Assembly: GCA_014190475.1 (NCBI GenBank)
Contig: BJGL01000001.1
Location: forward strand, 9,870 to 73,869
Direction of reading: 5' to 3'
From: Bacteroidota bacterium
GTDB taxonomy: Bacteria; Bacteroidota; Bacteroidia; Chitinophagales; Chitinophagaceae
DNA length: 64,000 nt
This document shows positions 37,728-47,810 of the stretch, in pieces. Within the stretch, counting starts at the first letter, position 1, and each line of letters opens with the position of its first letter. A program made the translations under genes and the position numbers. The notes below the pieces were generated by a model. It saw nothing but the letters and a program-made list of their open reading frames with translations, was not told where the DNA came from and did no database searches.

Positions 37728-38358
37728 TACACTGCTGGCACTTTGTTATCTGTTACAAGTGGCTGCGCAAAATCCGAAGGAGGCAGAAAAGCAAGACTGG
37801 AAGCAAAACTTATTTACCGGAGGAACGGTTTCCCTTGGTTTTTTCAATAATACTTTTTTGATTGGTGCTAATCCTGTTCTCGGTTACAGTTTTACCAATT
37901 GGGCAGAACTGGCTTTGCAGGTTAACTTCTCCTATAATTCAGTGCGCGATTACAATGGAATTTTTAATAATAAGTTGAGACAGACTACTTACGGAGCGGG
38001 CCCTTTTATTCGGATTTATCCCATGCGGTTTGTGTTTGCTCAGGCACAGCTTGAACACAATTTTATTCGAAGCAAAAATATTCCAATCAATGGGCCTGCA
38101 GAGGTTCGGAAGAATGATGTGGGCAGTGTATTAATTGGAGGAGGGTATACCAGCAATCGGAGTGGCCGGGGAGGGGAGCCTTTCTATTACTTATCTATTT
38201 TGTTCGATGTATCAGGAAATATTCTTTCGCCTTATACGGATAATTTTGGAAGAGCTACTCCGGTGTTTCGTGCCGGGCTTCAGTTTCCCCTATTTCAAGG
38301 GGCTGCTAACCGCTCTTATAAAAAAGGGACTAACTCTAGGGGATTTTGGAGGATGTGA
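37708..38358 (+). CDS. putative outer-membrane beta-barrel protein (hypothetical)
   Basis: Signal peptide (LLQVAA|QN), alternating beta-strand pattern, and an OMP-like terminal strand FRAGLQFPLF followed by 20 extra residues. Overlaps glcD-like by 20 nt and the convergent LOG gene by 43 nt. Confidence 0.45.
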   Translation: MRARLFNTLLALCYLLQVAAQNPKEAEKQDWKQNLFTGGTVSLGFFNNTFLIGANPVLGYSFTNWAELALQVNFSYNSVRDYNGIFNNKLRQTTYGAGPFIRIYPMRFVFAQAQLEHNFIRSKNIPINGPAEVRKNDVGSVLIGGGYTSNRSGRGGEPFYYLSILFDVSGNILSPYTDNFGRATPVFRAGLQFPLFQGAANRSYKKGTNSRGFWRM

Positions 38359-38852
38359 AGCTTATCCAGGGAAGTTTCGGATAGAAATCCCTCGTTTTTC
38401 ATATGATCCAGTTGTTGTAGTAAGGCATCGTAAAAATGGTTGGTGTTGAGTATAAAGACCTCCTTATCATGAATCGTGAGTTGGTTCCAGGTGAGTACCT
38501 CAAATAATTCATCAAGTGTGCCTACCCCTCCGGGTAAAACAAGTGCAGCATCAGCTTTGCTATAAATTTTTAGTTTTCTTTCATGCATGTCATCGCAAAT
38601 AATTAATTCGGAGATCGCTCTGTGTTCAACCTCCCATTCTACCAGGAGCTTGGGTATGATACCGGTTACCCAGCCCCCGTTGCGCATTACTTCATCTGCC
38701 ATCACACCCATTAATCCTACACTACCGCCACCATAGATCATTTTGATTTTTCGCTCGGCCACCAGCCGTCCGAGTTCTTTGGCGTGATCGCTGTAGCAAG
38801 GGGATTTTCCTTTTTTTGATCCGCAAAAAACTGCAAGTGATTCAATTGCCAT
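38316..38852 (-). CDS. LOG-family (TIGR00730) nucleotide phosphoribohydrolase
   Basis: GGGSVGLMG and PGGVGTLDELFE motifs. 178 aa. Confidence 0.85.
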   Translation of the reverse strand: MAIESLAVFCGSKKGKSPCYSDHAKELGRLVAERKIKMIYGGGSVGLMGVMADEVMRNGGWVTGIIPKLLVEWEVEHRAISELIICDDMHERKLKIYSKADAALVLPGGVGTLDELFEVLTWNQLTIHDKEVFILNTNHFYDALLQQLDHMKNEGFLSETSLDKLHILQNPLELVPFL

Positions 38853-38921
38853 TGCTTCGTATTAGTCGAACAAAGAGAATCTTTTTTTGGCTATCTTCAA
38901 AACTCAATCCAACCCCTTTTT

Positions 38922-40436
38922 ATGTCGCCACTTCTTCTTTTTTCATTTGTGATTGGATACTTTCTTTTACTATTAGGCGTTGCCTGGTATACTTCAAGAA
39001 ATGCCGATAACGAGTCCTTCTTCATTGGAAATCGGAATAGTAATTGGATGTTGGTTGCTTTTGGGATGGTAGGAACTTCCCTTTCTGGTGTAACATTTGT
39101 GAGTGTGCCCGGTAATGTGGGGACCATCCAGTTCAATTATTTTCAGTTGGTAATTGGCTATGTGCTTGGCTATGCCGTAGTTGCTTTTATTTTATTGCCC
39201 CTCTACTATAAAATGAATTTGACCAGTATCTATACCTATTTAGAAAAAAGGTTCGGGATCAATGCACACAAGGCGGGGGCTTTCTTTTTTATTTTATCAC
39301 GTACCGTGGGTGCTACAGCCCGGCTTTATCTGGTAATTAATATTTTACAACTATTCATCCTAGATAGGTTGGGAATTCCCTTTATTGCAACAGCACTGGT
39401 AATTCTGGTTCTGATTTTGCTCTACACATTTGAAGGCGGGGTGCGTACTATTATTTTCACAGATACATTACAGACCTCTGGTATGTTAATTGGACTTGTA
39501 GTCTGTTTGTTGGTTTTGATGAATACCCTTGGCACTGATCTGGCGGGAACCTGGCAACTCATTAGTGATAATAATTATAATCAAGTGCTGAATTGGGACA
39601 CAAAAAGTCCTTTCAATTTTTGGAAACAGTTGATTGGGGGTATGTTTATTACTATCACCATGACGGGGCTTGATCAGGAGATGATGCAGAAAAATATTAG
39701 TGTACGTACGCTGAAGGATTCACAAAAAAATGTGATGACCTTGAGTTTTATTTTAGTGGTGGTTAATGCTTTATTTCTTCTCTTGGGGGCTGTATTGTAT
39801 TTGTACGCAACTACTACTGGATTGGCTGCCAAAGGAGATGATTTGTTTCCTACAATTGCTTTGAGTGATGCGTTTGCAGGAACAATCGGTGTTATTTTTA
39901 TCATTGCATTGATTTCTGCACTTTTCCCAAGCGTGGATGGAGCCATTACTTCCTTAACCTCCAGTTTCTGCATTGATATTTTAGATTTTAATCGGAGTAC
40001 GGCCGATGAGGCTGTAAAGAGACGCCGTCGGTTGGCAGTACACCTGGGATTTGCCATTGTTTTTTTGGTGATAGTATTGCTCTTTAAAGTGATTAACGAT
40101 AAAACTATCATTCAGTTTATTATCAAATTTGCAGGTATTACCTATGGCCCTTTGCTGGGTCTTTTCTCCTTTGGTATTTTAACTACTCGTGTACTCAAAG
40201 ATTCGTGGGTGTGGTTTGTTTGTGTAGCGGGGCCTCTATGCACACTGGTGTTAGACGTACTCTGCAATCCCAACTACTATGAAGGACTATTGCATACACA
40301 GTTGGGAATTGATACGTATTCCCAGCAATTATTTAATGGGTACAAAATCGGACCAGAATTGATTTTACTCAATGGGGTAATCACTTTCTTTGGTCTTTGG
40401 TTGATCTCAAGCGCTGCTCAAAAGCCTCGTGATTGA
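38922..40436 (+). CDS. sodium:solute symporter family transporter
   Basis: 504-aa polytopic protein, about 13 TM, with an SSF-like N-terminal region (FFIGNRNSNWMLVAFGMVGTSLSGVTFVSVPG). Confidence 0.8.
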   Translation: MSPLLLFSFVIGYFLLLLGVAWYTSRNADNESFFIGNRNSNWMLVAFGMVGTSLSGVTFVSVPGNVGTIQFNYFQLVIGYVLGYAVVAFILLPLYYKMNLTSIYTYLEKRFGINAHKAGAFFFILSRTVGATARLYLVINILQLFILDRLGIPFIATALVILVLILLYTFEGGVRTIIFTDTLQTSGMLIGLVVCLLVLMNTLGTDLAGTWQLISDNNYNQVLNWDTKSPFNFWKQLIGGMFITITMTGLDQEMMQKNISVRTLKDSQKNVMTLSFILVVVNALFLLLGAVLYLYATTTGLAAKGDDLFPTIALSDAFAGTIGVIFIIALISALFPSVDGAITSLTSSFCIDILDFNRSTADEAVKRRRRLAVHLGFAIVFLVIVLLFKVINDKTIIQFIIKFAGITYGPLLGLFSFGILTTRVLKDSWVWFVCVAGPLCTLVLDVLCNPNYYEGLLHTQLGIDTYSQQLFNGYKIGPELILLNGVITFFGLWLISSAAQKPRD

Positions 40437-40448
40437 ATCTACAAGCAG

Positions 40449-40456
40449 TACCTTTG
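40449..40456 (+). promoter_or_regulatory. candidate -7 promoter box (TACCTTTG)
   Basis: Perfect TAnnTTTG, 16 nt upstream of the GTG start of the O-methyltransferase. No convincing -33 element. Confidence 0.3.
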
Positions 40457-40472
40457 TAGTTAAATTACTTTT

Positions 40473-41114
40473 GTGGACATCCTGCATCCGCTTGCGCAAC
40501 TTTACGCTGAAAAGCATAGTTCTCCTCAAGACAGCTTGCTACAGGAACTGGAGGAGTATACGCGTTCCCATCATCCGGCCTCCCATATGATCAGTGGATT
40601 TTTGCAAGGACGTTTTCTTCAATTGTTTAGTGCTTTACTTCAACCTAAGGCGGTGTTAGAGATTGGAACAATGACGGGCTACAGTGCACTGTGTTTGGCT
40701 ACAGGACTGGCACCCACTGGGGAATTGCATACGATTGAAGTGAGAGAGCAAGATGCGGCCATTGCGCAGTCTTTTTTTGATCGCTCTGCATTGGCTGCCC
40801 AAATTCATCTTCATTGCGGAGATGCCCGTCAGATTTTACCAGGGATACAAAAAAACTGGGATCTGGTTTTTATTGATGCAGACAAGATTTCTTATTTAGA
40901 CTATTTTAACATGGTTTTTCCTGCAGTTCGTGTGGGCGGCTATATCTTAGCTGATAATATTTTTTTTCACGGACAGGTTTTTGACAAGGAGCCGCATGGG
41001 AAAAATGCCAAGGCCATAGCCGCATTCAATGAGGCCCTTTTAAAGAGAGTTGATGTGGAAGTAACGGTTGTTCCTCTTCGGGACGGATTGAGTGTGATCA
41101 AAAAAGTTAAGTAG
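40473..41114 (+). CDS. class I SAM-dependent O-methyltransferase (caffeoyl-CoA OMT-like family 3)
   Basis: VLEIGTMTGYSALCLA SAM motif and FIDADK / LRDGLSVI family-3 OMT signatures. GTG start. Confidence 0.8.
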   Translation: MDILHPLAQLYAEKHSSPQDSLLQELEEYTRSHHPASHMISGFLQGRFLQLFSALLQPKAVLEIGTMTGYSALCLATGLAPTGELHTIEVREQDAAIAQSFFDRSALAAQIHLHCGDARQILPGIQKNWDLVFIDADKISYLDYFNMVFPAVRVGGYILADNIFFHGQVFDKEPHGKNAKAIAAFNEALLKRVDVEVTVVPLRDGLSVIKKVK

Positions 41115-41115
41115 T

Positions 41116-42039
41116 ATGCGTATTGCTGTATCATTTTTTTATTTTTTCATTGCAGGGGCCGTTTTTGCACAGCCTGCGGCAACTATACAGGAGTATATAG
41201 ATCAGTATAAAGATCTTGCCATTAAAGAGATGAAACGCACGGGCGTTCCTGCCTCTATAAAATTGGCACAGGGCATTCATGAAACAATGGCGGGTCAAAG
41301 CCCTTTGGTATTAAAATCCAATAATCACTTTGGGATTAAATGTAAAACGGGTTGGAATGGCCCATCCGTTCGTCATACCGACGATGCACGCAATGAGTGT
41401 TTTCGGAAATATAATTCTGCGGAAGAGTCTTATCGGGATCATTCTAATTTTTTAAAAGCCAGCGGTCGCTATGCACCTCTTTTTGAACTAGACCCAACCG
41501 ATTATGAAGCTTGGGCTAAGGGACTGAAGGCAGCGGGTTATGCCACTAACCCCATTTATGCCCAAACGTTGATCCGATTGATTGAGGAATTTGATTTACA
41601 ACAATACTCCATGGTTGCGCTGGGATATGAAACTGAGGAGGATGGAGAGGAGGGTAGTACTACAGCAAAGGAACCAGCAAAGTCAGCAGTTGCTGAACCA
41701 ACCGATCCTGCTGCTGCGATGGCACCCGTGGTAGCTGCAGATGTGGTTATTGAGAAGGAACCTGCTAGCGAGGAGCCCCCAACAACTATTGCCTCTGCAC
41801 CACCTAAGGATAACCGCTATCCTAGTGGTGTATTTAAGGAGCAAGGTTATCGAGCTGTTTACATATCCGCAGGCACCCCTTTTTTAGTGATTGCGCAGCA
41901 ATACAAAGTACCTCTTGCCCGTCTCTTTGAATGGAACAATTTAGCGCCCACAACAGAGGCGCAGCTTTCACAGGTACTCTTTTTGGAGAAAAAAACTAAA
42001 AGTGTATTGCGTTTACCAACCTTGCGCTCGAGACTGTAA
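41116..42039 (+). CDS. secreted N-acetylglucosaminidase-domain (GH73-like) protein with C-terminal LysM-like segment
   Basis: Signal peptide (AVFA|QP), then AQGIHETMAGQS...NNHFGIKC and YATNPIYAQTLIRLIEE glucosaminidase motifs. Acidic/Pro linker. C-terminal LysM-like YISAGTPFLVIAQQYKVPLARLFEWNNL. Confidence 0.75.
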   Translation: MRIAVSFFYFFIAGAVFAQPAATIQEYIDQYKDLAIKEMKRTGVPASIKLAQGIHETMAGQSPLVLKSNNHFGIKCKTGWNGPSVRHTDDARNECFRKYNSAEESYRDHSNFLKASGRYAPLFELDPTDYEAWAKGLKAAGYATNPIYAQTLIRLIEEFDLQQYSMVALGYETEEDGEEGSTTAKEPAKSAVAEPTDPAAAMAPVVAADVVIEKEPASEEPPTTIASAPPKDNRYPSGVFKEQGYRAVYISAGTPFLVIAQQYKVPLARLFEWNNLAPTTEAQLSQVLFLEKKTKSVLRLPTLRSRL

Positions 42040-42059
42040 CTTAGCTGTCAAATTCTTTT

Positions 42060-42593
42060 ATGGAAACAATTCGCGTTCATGATAAGGTATTTCAAGAATA
42101 CCTCTCCGCGGATTCGATTCAGCAACGTGTTAGCGAGTTAGCTGCACAGATAAATGCTGACTATGCCAATAAAAGACCTTTATTCCTCGCAATCTTGAAC
42201 GGTTCTTTTATGTTTGCCGCTGATCTTTATAGGCAGATCAAATTAGATGCTGAAATATCCTTTATAAAAATTGCCTCTTACCAAGGGATGCGTTCCTCGG
42301 GTCAGGTGATGACAGCAATTGGAATGGACCAGGATTTACATGGACGTGAGGTAATTATTGTAGAGGACATCGTCGATACAGGAAAAACATTGCATCATTT
42401 TCTGCCCTCACTTCGGCAACAGGAGCCTGCTTCGATTCGTATCGCTACGTTCTTGCATAAGCCAGCGGCAACAAGTTTTTCCGTGCCCTTAGATTATGTT
42501 GGATTTTCCATTCCAAACAAGTTTGTAGTGGGATACGGACTTGATTATGATGGGCTGGGGCGTAATTATGGCGCATTGTATCAATTGGTATAA
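42060..42593 (+). CDS. hpt: hypoxanthine phosphoribosyltransferase
   Basis: PRPP-binding VIIVEDIVDTGKTL and C-terminal GYGLDYDGLGRNY. 177 aa. Confidence 0.9.
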   Translation: METIRVHDKVFQEYLSADSIQQRVSELAAQINADYANKRPLFLAILNGSFMFAADLYRQIKLDAEISFIKIASYQGMRSSGQVMTAIGMDQDLHGREVIIVEDIVDTGKTLHHFLPSLRQQEPASIRIATFLHKPAATSFSVPLDYVGFSIPNKFVVGYGLDYDGLGRNYGALYQLV

Positions 42594-42619
42594 CGCCACT
42601 AGCTTAGGTGGTTTCAATA

Positions 42620-44413
42620 ATGAAGGTTATGCGGTGTGGAAGGATTTTACTGTTCTTCTTATTTTTTTATACAGCTACGGGTGTGGCACAGGAATACTAT
42701 GTGCGAGGGGAAGTAAGAGATTCAACCGGGCAGCTCTTGCAAAATGTTCAAATTCGGCAAACTTCAACGGGGCTCCTATTTAAAACTGGTGTATTAGGCA
42801 GTTTTGGATTTTCTTCCCGGATTTATACAGATACTTTAGAGATCTCATTCAATGGATTTCGCACTGAAAAAATCAGCACAGCCGGCGCCACACCGCTTAA
42901 AATCATACTTCGTCCTTTGCCCATTGGGCAGCGAATGAAGGAGAGTACTCGTTTGTCTTCTCGCACCGCTAATATGAATAGGGATCAACGTAAAGGTTGG
43001 TTTACCGGTGATGAAACCTATGCTGACTTGTTGGAAAATAAATGGGTCAGTACAGCTGCGTTTCCCACTACCGGGTTGTCGTTGACAGTAGACCAAGCGT
43101 CTTATTCCAATATTCGTCGCTTTATATCAAGAGGCACTTATGTGCCCACTGATGCAGTTCGAATCGAAGAAATATTTAATTACTTTCCTGCTACGCATAT
43201 TCCTCCCCCTGATTCTGCCGTCTTTGCTGTTTCTTCTCGGGTGGGACCTTGCCCGTGGAACTGGAATAATCATTTGTTGCAAATAAATTTATCGGCTCGT
43301 AAATTAAATTTAGACTCACTTCCACCGGCTCATCTTGTTTTTTTAATTGATATCTCTGCTTCAATGGATATGCCCAACCGATTGCCTTTGCTGCAATCTG
43401 GGTTTCGCATGTTGTTATCTAATCTTCGCGAAAAAGATTCAGTTTCTGTAGTAGTATATGGTGGTATGACAGCGGTATTAGTTCGTGCGCTTGCTGGTTG
43501 CGAAAAAGATAGTCTTACTAAAGTAATCAATGGATTGGTTCCTGGTGGTGCTACACCCGGCGAATCCGGTATTCGGTTGGCTTATCAAGTAGCCAAGCAA
43601 CATTTTATTGAAGGTGGGAATAACCGAGTTATCCTGGCTACAGACGGTGATTTCAATGTGGGCTTAAAGACAGAGAGCGAATTAGAAGATTTGATCAGTA
43701 TCCAACGTGCCCAAGGTATTTATCTGACTTGTTTGGGAGTGGGTATGGGAAATTATAAAGATTCAAAAATTCAATTGCTAGCAGAGCGGGGTAATGGCAA
43801 CTTTGCTTATCTCGATCAGGAAAAGGAAGCAGAACGGGTGTTGATGACGGAATTTACAAAAACGCTCTTTGCAGTAGCAGATGATGTGTATATGAATGTG
43901 TCTTTTGATCCGGCACTGGTAAAAAATTATCGATTGATTGGGTTTGATAACAAGGCTGGCGCTTTGTTGGACTCGTTGGCGCAGCTGGAAGGAGGGGAGG
44001 TGGGATCCGGACATACGCTAACTGCATTATTTGAAATAGAGCCTTCAGCAACATTTGCTTCGGTTGCTTATAAAAAACAGGAACCTGATTCAATTGCATG
44101 GATTCAATTGCAATATCGTATTCCCGGCGATAGCGTGCAACGTAAGGAGCTGATTCGTATTCCGCTTTATTATGTTTACCTAGAACAAGAATTGAAGCAA
44201 TCTATGTTTATGGCTGCTTTGGCGCAATTTGGAATGTTACTGAAAGGCTCCCCATTTTTGAACAAATCCAGCTGGGACAATTTGGTACAATTGGGGGAAC
44301 AAGTGGTGGATATTAATAGTCCGGCACAAGTAGAATGGCTTGCCTTGGTACAACAAGGCCGGGAACTCTACGATAAAAAGAAAAAAAGAAATTGGAAGCG
44401 GCTACGTCGATAG
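42620..44413 (+). CDS. secreted von Willebrand factor A-domain protein (YfbK-like) with N-terminal CarboxypepD_reg-like domain
   Basis: Signal peptide (TGVA|QE), YVRGEVRDSTGQLLQNVQI, and the MIDAS motif FLIDISASMD with downstream GGATPG and ATDGDFNVG. ATG at 42620 preferred over GTG at 42608. Confidence 0.8.
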   Translation: MKVMRCGRILLFFLFFYTATGVAQEYYVRGEVRDSTGQLLQNVQIRQTSTGLLFKTGVLGSFGFSSRIYTDTLEISFNGFRTEKISTAGATPLKIILRPLPIGQRMKESTRLSSRTANMNRDQRKGWFTGDETYADLLENKWVSTAAFPTTGLSLTVDQASYSNIRRFISRGTYVPTDAVRIEEIFNYFPATHIPPPDSAVFAVSSRVGPCPWNWNNHLLQINLSARKLNLDSLPPAHLVFLIDISASMDMPNRLPLLQSGFRMLLSNLREKDSVSVVVYGGMTAVLVRALAGCEKDSLTKVINGLVPGGATPGESGIRLAYQVAKQHFIEGGNNRVILATDGDFNVGLKTESELEDLISIQRAQGIYLTCLGVGMGNYKDSKIQLLAERGNGNFAYLDQEKEAERVLMTEFTKTLFAVADDVYMNVSFDPALVKNYRLIGFDNKAGALLDSLAQLEGGEVGSGHTLTALFEIEPSATFASVAYKKQEPDSIAWIQLQYRIPGDSVQRKELIRIPLYYVYLEQELKQSMFMAALAQFGMLLKGSPFLNKSSWDNLVQLGEQVVDINSPAQVEWLALVQQGRELYDKKKKRNWKRLRR

Positions 44414-45574
44414 TTATTGAAAGATATCCTTGATTCTGTCAAAAAAGTTTCTCTCTGATTTATCAGGTTGTGGTTGCATGTTGGGAGCGCCACTAAGTTT
44501 TTCGAGCGCCTCTTTTTCATCGGCACTCAATTGTTGTGGGGTCCAGACACTCACCTGTATTAACTGATCTCCCTTTTCATAGGAATTCACAGCGGGAAAT
44601 CCTTTCCCCTTTAGTCTAAATATTTTTCCACTTTGTGTACCGGCAGGAATCTTGATTTTTGCTTTTCCATCGATGGTAGGCACTTCCACTTGTGTACCAA
44701 ACACAACATCAGTGAAAGAGAGATGTAATTCGTAGGCAACATTAAGTCCCTCGCGATATAGTTCTTTATGTGGCTCTTCCTCAATCAAGATGATCAGATC
44801 TCCCGGTGATCCGCCTCTTTCTCCTGCATTACCCTTGCCTGTAACATTCAGCTGCATGCCTTCTTGCACACCGGCAGGAATTTCAATGTTTACGGTTTCC
44901 TCTGCATAGGTTCTTCCTTCTCCTTTACAAGCGGTACATTTTGCCGTAATCGTGGAGCCCTCTCCATTACAGGTTGGACAAGTAGTTACCGTTTGCATTT
45001 GCCCCAGGAAAGTATTTTGTACTCTTCTAACTTGACCACTTCCGTTACATCCGGTACAGGTTTGAGTACTTCCTTTATCTTTTGCTCCGCCACCACCACA
45101 AGTGGTGCAGGGAACATATTTTTTTACTTTGATGTTCTTGCTAACTCCATTTGCAATCTCCTCGTAATTCAGTTTTAATTTAATTCTGAGATTGCTACCT
45201 CGTACACCACGTGCTCTTGAACGACCACCGCCACCTCGCTGTCCGCCACCAAAAAATCCTCCAAAGAGATCATCGCCGAAAATATCTCCAAACTGACTGA
45301 AAATATCTTCCATGTTCATTCCGCCACCATATCCTCTTCCACCAGCACCGCCCACACCCGCATGACCAAATCGGTCGTATTGTGCGCGTTTATCAGTGTC
45401 GCTTAAAATTTCATAAGCCTCAGCCGCTTCTTTAAATTTTTCTTCCGCAGCTTTATCGCCAGGATTTCTGTCCGGGTGGTATTGCATGGCAACTTTACGG
45501 TACGCTTTTTTTATCTCGTCCGCCGAAGCTGATTTGCCCACGCCCAGTATTTCGTAAAAATCTCTTTTGCTCAT
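44414..45574 (-). CDS. dnaJ: molecular chaperone DnaJ
   Basis: J-domain with HPD ([10 protein letters not shown]), a G/F-rich region and four CxxCxGxG zinc-finger repeats. 386 aa. Confidence 0.95.
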   Translation of the reverse strand: MSKRDFYEILGVGKSASADEIKKAYRKVAMQYHPDRNPGDKAAEEKFKEAAEAYEILSDTDKRAQYDRFGHAGVGGAGGRGYGGGMNMEDIFSQFGDIFGDDLFGGFFGGGQRGGGGRSRARGVRGSNLRIKLKLNYEEIANGVSKNIKVKKYVPCTTCGGGGAKDKGSTQTCTGCNGSGQVRRVQNTFLGQMQTVTTCPTCNGEGSTITAKCTACKGEGRTYAEETVNIEIPAGVQEGMQLNVTGKGNAGERGGSPGDLIILIEEEPHKELYREGLNVAYELHLSFTDVVFGTQVEVPTIDGKAKIKIPAGTQSGKIFRLKGKGFPAVNSYEKGDQLIQVSVWTPQQLSADEKEALEKLSGAPNMQPQPDKSERNFFDRIKDIFQ

Positions 45575-45577
45575 AAC

Positions 45578-46126
45578 TTATTTTCCAACCACCACTTTAG
45601 GATGGCGGATTACTTTATCGTTGAGTAAATACCCCTTGACCACTTCATCTATAATTTTTCCTTTGAGGTCTTCATGCGGCGCAGGAATTTCGGTAACAGC
45701 TTCATGGAGATCTGCATCAAAAGCCTGGTTGATTACATCCATGGCTTTCAATCCTCTATTTTGCAATTTTGTTTTGAGTTTATTGAAAACCAACTTGACT
45801 CCTTCCCACTCTGCCGCTTCAGCAAGTCCTGCCTTCTCCAAGGTTTGTTTCGCCCGTTCGCAGTCATCCAAAACATCTAATAATTCGGTGATCACATCGC
45901 GTCCGGCTGTTTGCATCAGTTCAATTCGTTCTTTAGCATTACGGCGTTTAAAATTATCAAACTCTGCAACGGTCCGAATGTATTTGTCTTTGTAAGAGGC
46001 CAGTTCAGTTTTTAATTTTTCAAGTTCGGACTCCGCTGTTGCATTTTCCTCTTGTGCAGGTGAATTTGTTACGGTTTCTTCTCCGTTAAGGTCCATTTCT
46101 TCCGAATTCTTTACTTGATCTTCCAT
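45578..46126 (-). CDS. grpE: nucleotide exchange factor GrpE
   Basis: Acidic N-terminus, coiled coil and GrpE C-terminal motifs (FDADLHEAV, KGYLLNDKVIRHPKVVV). Start trimmed to MEDQVKN because a TACCTTTG box lies inside the longer ORF. Confidence 0.9.
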   Translation of the reverse strand: MEDQVKNSEEMDLNGEETVTNSPAQEENATAESELEKLKTELASYKDKYIRTVAEFDNFKRRNAKERIELMQTAGRDVITELLDVLDDCERAKQTLEKAGLAEAAEWEGVKLVFNKLKTKLQNRGLKAMDVINQAFDADLHEAVTEIPAPHEDLKGKIIDEVVKGYLLNDKVIRHPKVVVGK

Positions 46127-46146
46127 AGACGGTTCTAAATTGGTTG

Positions 46147-46154
46147 CAAAGGTA
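46147..46154 (-). promoter_or_regulatory. candidate -7 promoter box (TACCTTTG) of grpE-dnaJ
   Basis: Perfect TAnnTTTG on the minus strand, 20 nt upstream of the ATG at 46126. Confidence 0.4.
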
Positions 46155-46279
46155 AGACCGACAATTTTACGGCCAAGCAAAAACTACTTGACGCTTATGC
46201 GTTTTTAAGGACAAAATGGCTTTAAATACAAGCGGGTAGCGCCTTTCTGTCTGTCCTTGAAAGGCTATCTTCGCCTTCT

Positions 46280-47452
46280 ATGAGTCGAGTTTTTCTGCGT
46301 CGAAAAATTGCGCCCCGTGTTCAAAATGGACATCCCTGGATCTTTATGAATGAAGTAGACAGGGTAGAGGGTTCTCCTGCGCCTGCTGATATCGTTGAAG
46401 TGTATACGCACGAGGGTAAGTGGATTGGAAGCGGTTACTATAACCCCCAATCCCAAATTGTAATTCGGATACTCTCTAGGGAAAAGGGACAGCCCATTGA
46501 TGCTACTTTTTTTAAAGATAGGATTCGTGCTTGTTGGCAATATCGTCAGCAAACCGGCTATACTGAAAACTGTCGTTTGGTTTTTGGAGAGGCTGATGGA
46601 TTACCGCAATTGATCATAGATAAATTCAATGATTATTTTGTTATCCAGACACTTGCCTTAGGAATTGATCGTTGGAAGCCCGTTATTGTAGAGGCCTTGC
46701 AGGAAATATTTTCACCCCAGGGTATTTATGAAAGAAATGATGTGCCCGTTCGGGAATTAGAAGGGCTCCCTCAACAAAAGGGATTTTTAAGTGCTCCATT
46801 TGATACAAAAATTATTATTACAGAGAATGGACTGAAGTTTTATGTTGATCTGGCCAATGGTCAAAAAACGGGTTACTTTCTAGATCAACAGGATAATAGA
46901 ACCGCTATTCGTTCAATTGTAAAAAATGCAACGGTGCTGGGTGCTTTCACTTATACAGGCACTTTTGAAGTACATGCGGCACATTATGGAGCAAAGTCTG
47001 TGTTGGGGCTGGATATATCTGCTTCAGCTGTTGAGCAAGCCAACGAAAATGCAAGATTAAATGGGCTGCAGGATCGTTGTATTTTTCAGGCGGCCAATGC
47101 CTTTGATTTATTAAAGCAGTGGACAAAAGAAGGAAAGCAATATGATGTGGTCATGTTGGATCCGCCTGCTTTTACAAAAAGTCGGGCTACCATCCAGAAG
47201 GCAATCACGGGCTATAAGGAAATAAATTTAAGAGGGATGAAGTTGGTAAAGCCTGGAGGATTTCTGGTTACTTCTTCCTGTACTAATCTGGTTCCGCCTC
47301 CACTTTTTTTAGAAATCATTGCTATGGCCGCAAAGGATGCAAGAAGAAAAATCAGACAGGTTTATTTTAATACACAGTCTTCCGATCATCCCATCGTGTG
47401 GGAAATGGAGAACACGCAATACCTTAAATTCTTAATTGTACAGGTTTTGTAG
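46280..47452 (+). CDS. class I SAM-dependent rRNA methyltransferase (RlmI/RlmK-like, PUA-containing)
   Basis: N-terminal PUA-like GHPWIF motif, QKTGYFLDQ, and the SAM-binding region VLGLDISASA...DPPAF. Confidence 0.8.
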   Translation: MSRVFLRRKIAPRVQNGHPWIFMNEVDRVEGSPAPADIVEVYTHEGKWIGSGYYNPQSQIVIRILSREKGQPIDATFFKDRIRACWQYRQQTGYTENCRLVFGEADGLPQLIIDKFNDYFVIQTLALGIDRWKPVIVEALQEIFSPQGIYERNDVPVRELEGLPQQKGFLSAPFDTKIIITENGLKFYVDLANGQKTGYFLDQQDNRTAIRSIVKNATVLGAFTYTGTFEVHAAHYGAKSVLGLDISASAVEQANENARLNGLQDRCIFQAANAFDLLKQWTKEGKQYDVVMLDPPAFTKSRATIQKAITGYKEINLRGMKLVKPGGFLVTSSCTNLVPPPLFLEIIAMAAKDARRKIRQVYFNTQSSDHPIVWEMENTQYLKFLIVQVL

Positions 47453-47457
47453 AAATC

Positions 47458-47805
47458 CTATTTGGTAACTTGAAATTTTCCGGATTCAATAATCTTGCCG
47501 GAATTTTCTACCAGGTGATAAACATATACACCACGGGTAAAATCATTGAGGGAAAGTGTAATTCTTTCAAGGGTAAGTTTGGTATCGATCATCTTCTTAC
47601 CAAGAATGCCATTATAAACTTGTAAGCTTATGTCTTTTCGTCCTGAATTTTTTAATTCAAATACAATGTAGCTGACCGCCGGGTTAGGATAAAGTTTTAC
47701 CAACTTCTCCATGGCTCCAGTCGAGGGGGTAGTAGGCGCTTGCTGCGCCTTCAAGGAAAAGGACAGTACCATCAAACCTACTGATATCAATAACTGCTTG
47801 AGCAT
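47458..47805 (-). CDS. 115-aa protein consisting of a signal peptide plus a T9SS type-A C-terminal sorting domain
   Basis: Signal peptide MLKQLLISVGLMVLSFSLKA|QQ and a ~13-aa linker. The rest matches the type-A CTD pattern (LYPNPAVSYIVFEL...LQVYNGILGKKM...LSLNDFTRGVYVYHLV...GKFQVTK). Confidence 0.7.
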   Translation of the reverse strand: MLKQLLISVGLMVLSFSLKAQQAPTTPSTGAMEKLVKLYPNPAVSYIVFELKNSGRKDISLQVYNGILGKKMIDTKLTLERITLSLNDFTRGVYVYHLVENSGKIIESGKFQVTK

Positions 47806-47810
47806 TGACT

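Noticed and set aside
39674-40111. 145-aa antisense ORF inside the sodium:solute symporter gene. Similar cases occur at 4703-5071, 28507-28845, 49570-49929 and 21330-21632.
   Set aside because: All lie inside strongly supported genes on the other strand, lack motifs and have a skewed composition. I treat them as non-coding shadow frames.
45567-45995. 142-aa ORF antisense to grpE.
   Set aside because: It is a Ser/Leu-rich low-complexity translation with no recognisable motif, and it lies entirely within a well-supported gene on the opposite strand. This is a typical shadow ORF.
46127-46279. I searched the grpE-dnaJ upstream region for a CIRCE/HrcA operator (TTAGCACTC-N9-GAGTGCTAA) and examined a small hairpin plus T-run (GACGC-ttat-GCGTT-TTTT) on the plus strand.
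   Set aside because: There is no CIRCE-like inverted repeat. The hairpin has a 4-5 bp stem and no plus-strand gene upstream to terminate. The evidence is insufficient for an sRNA or an operator.
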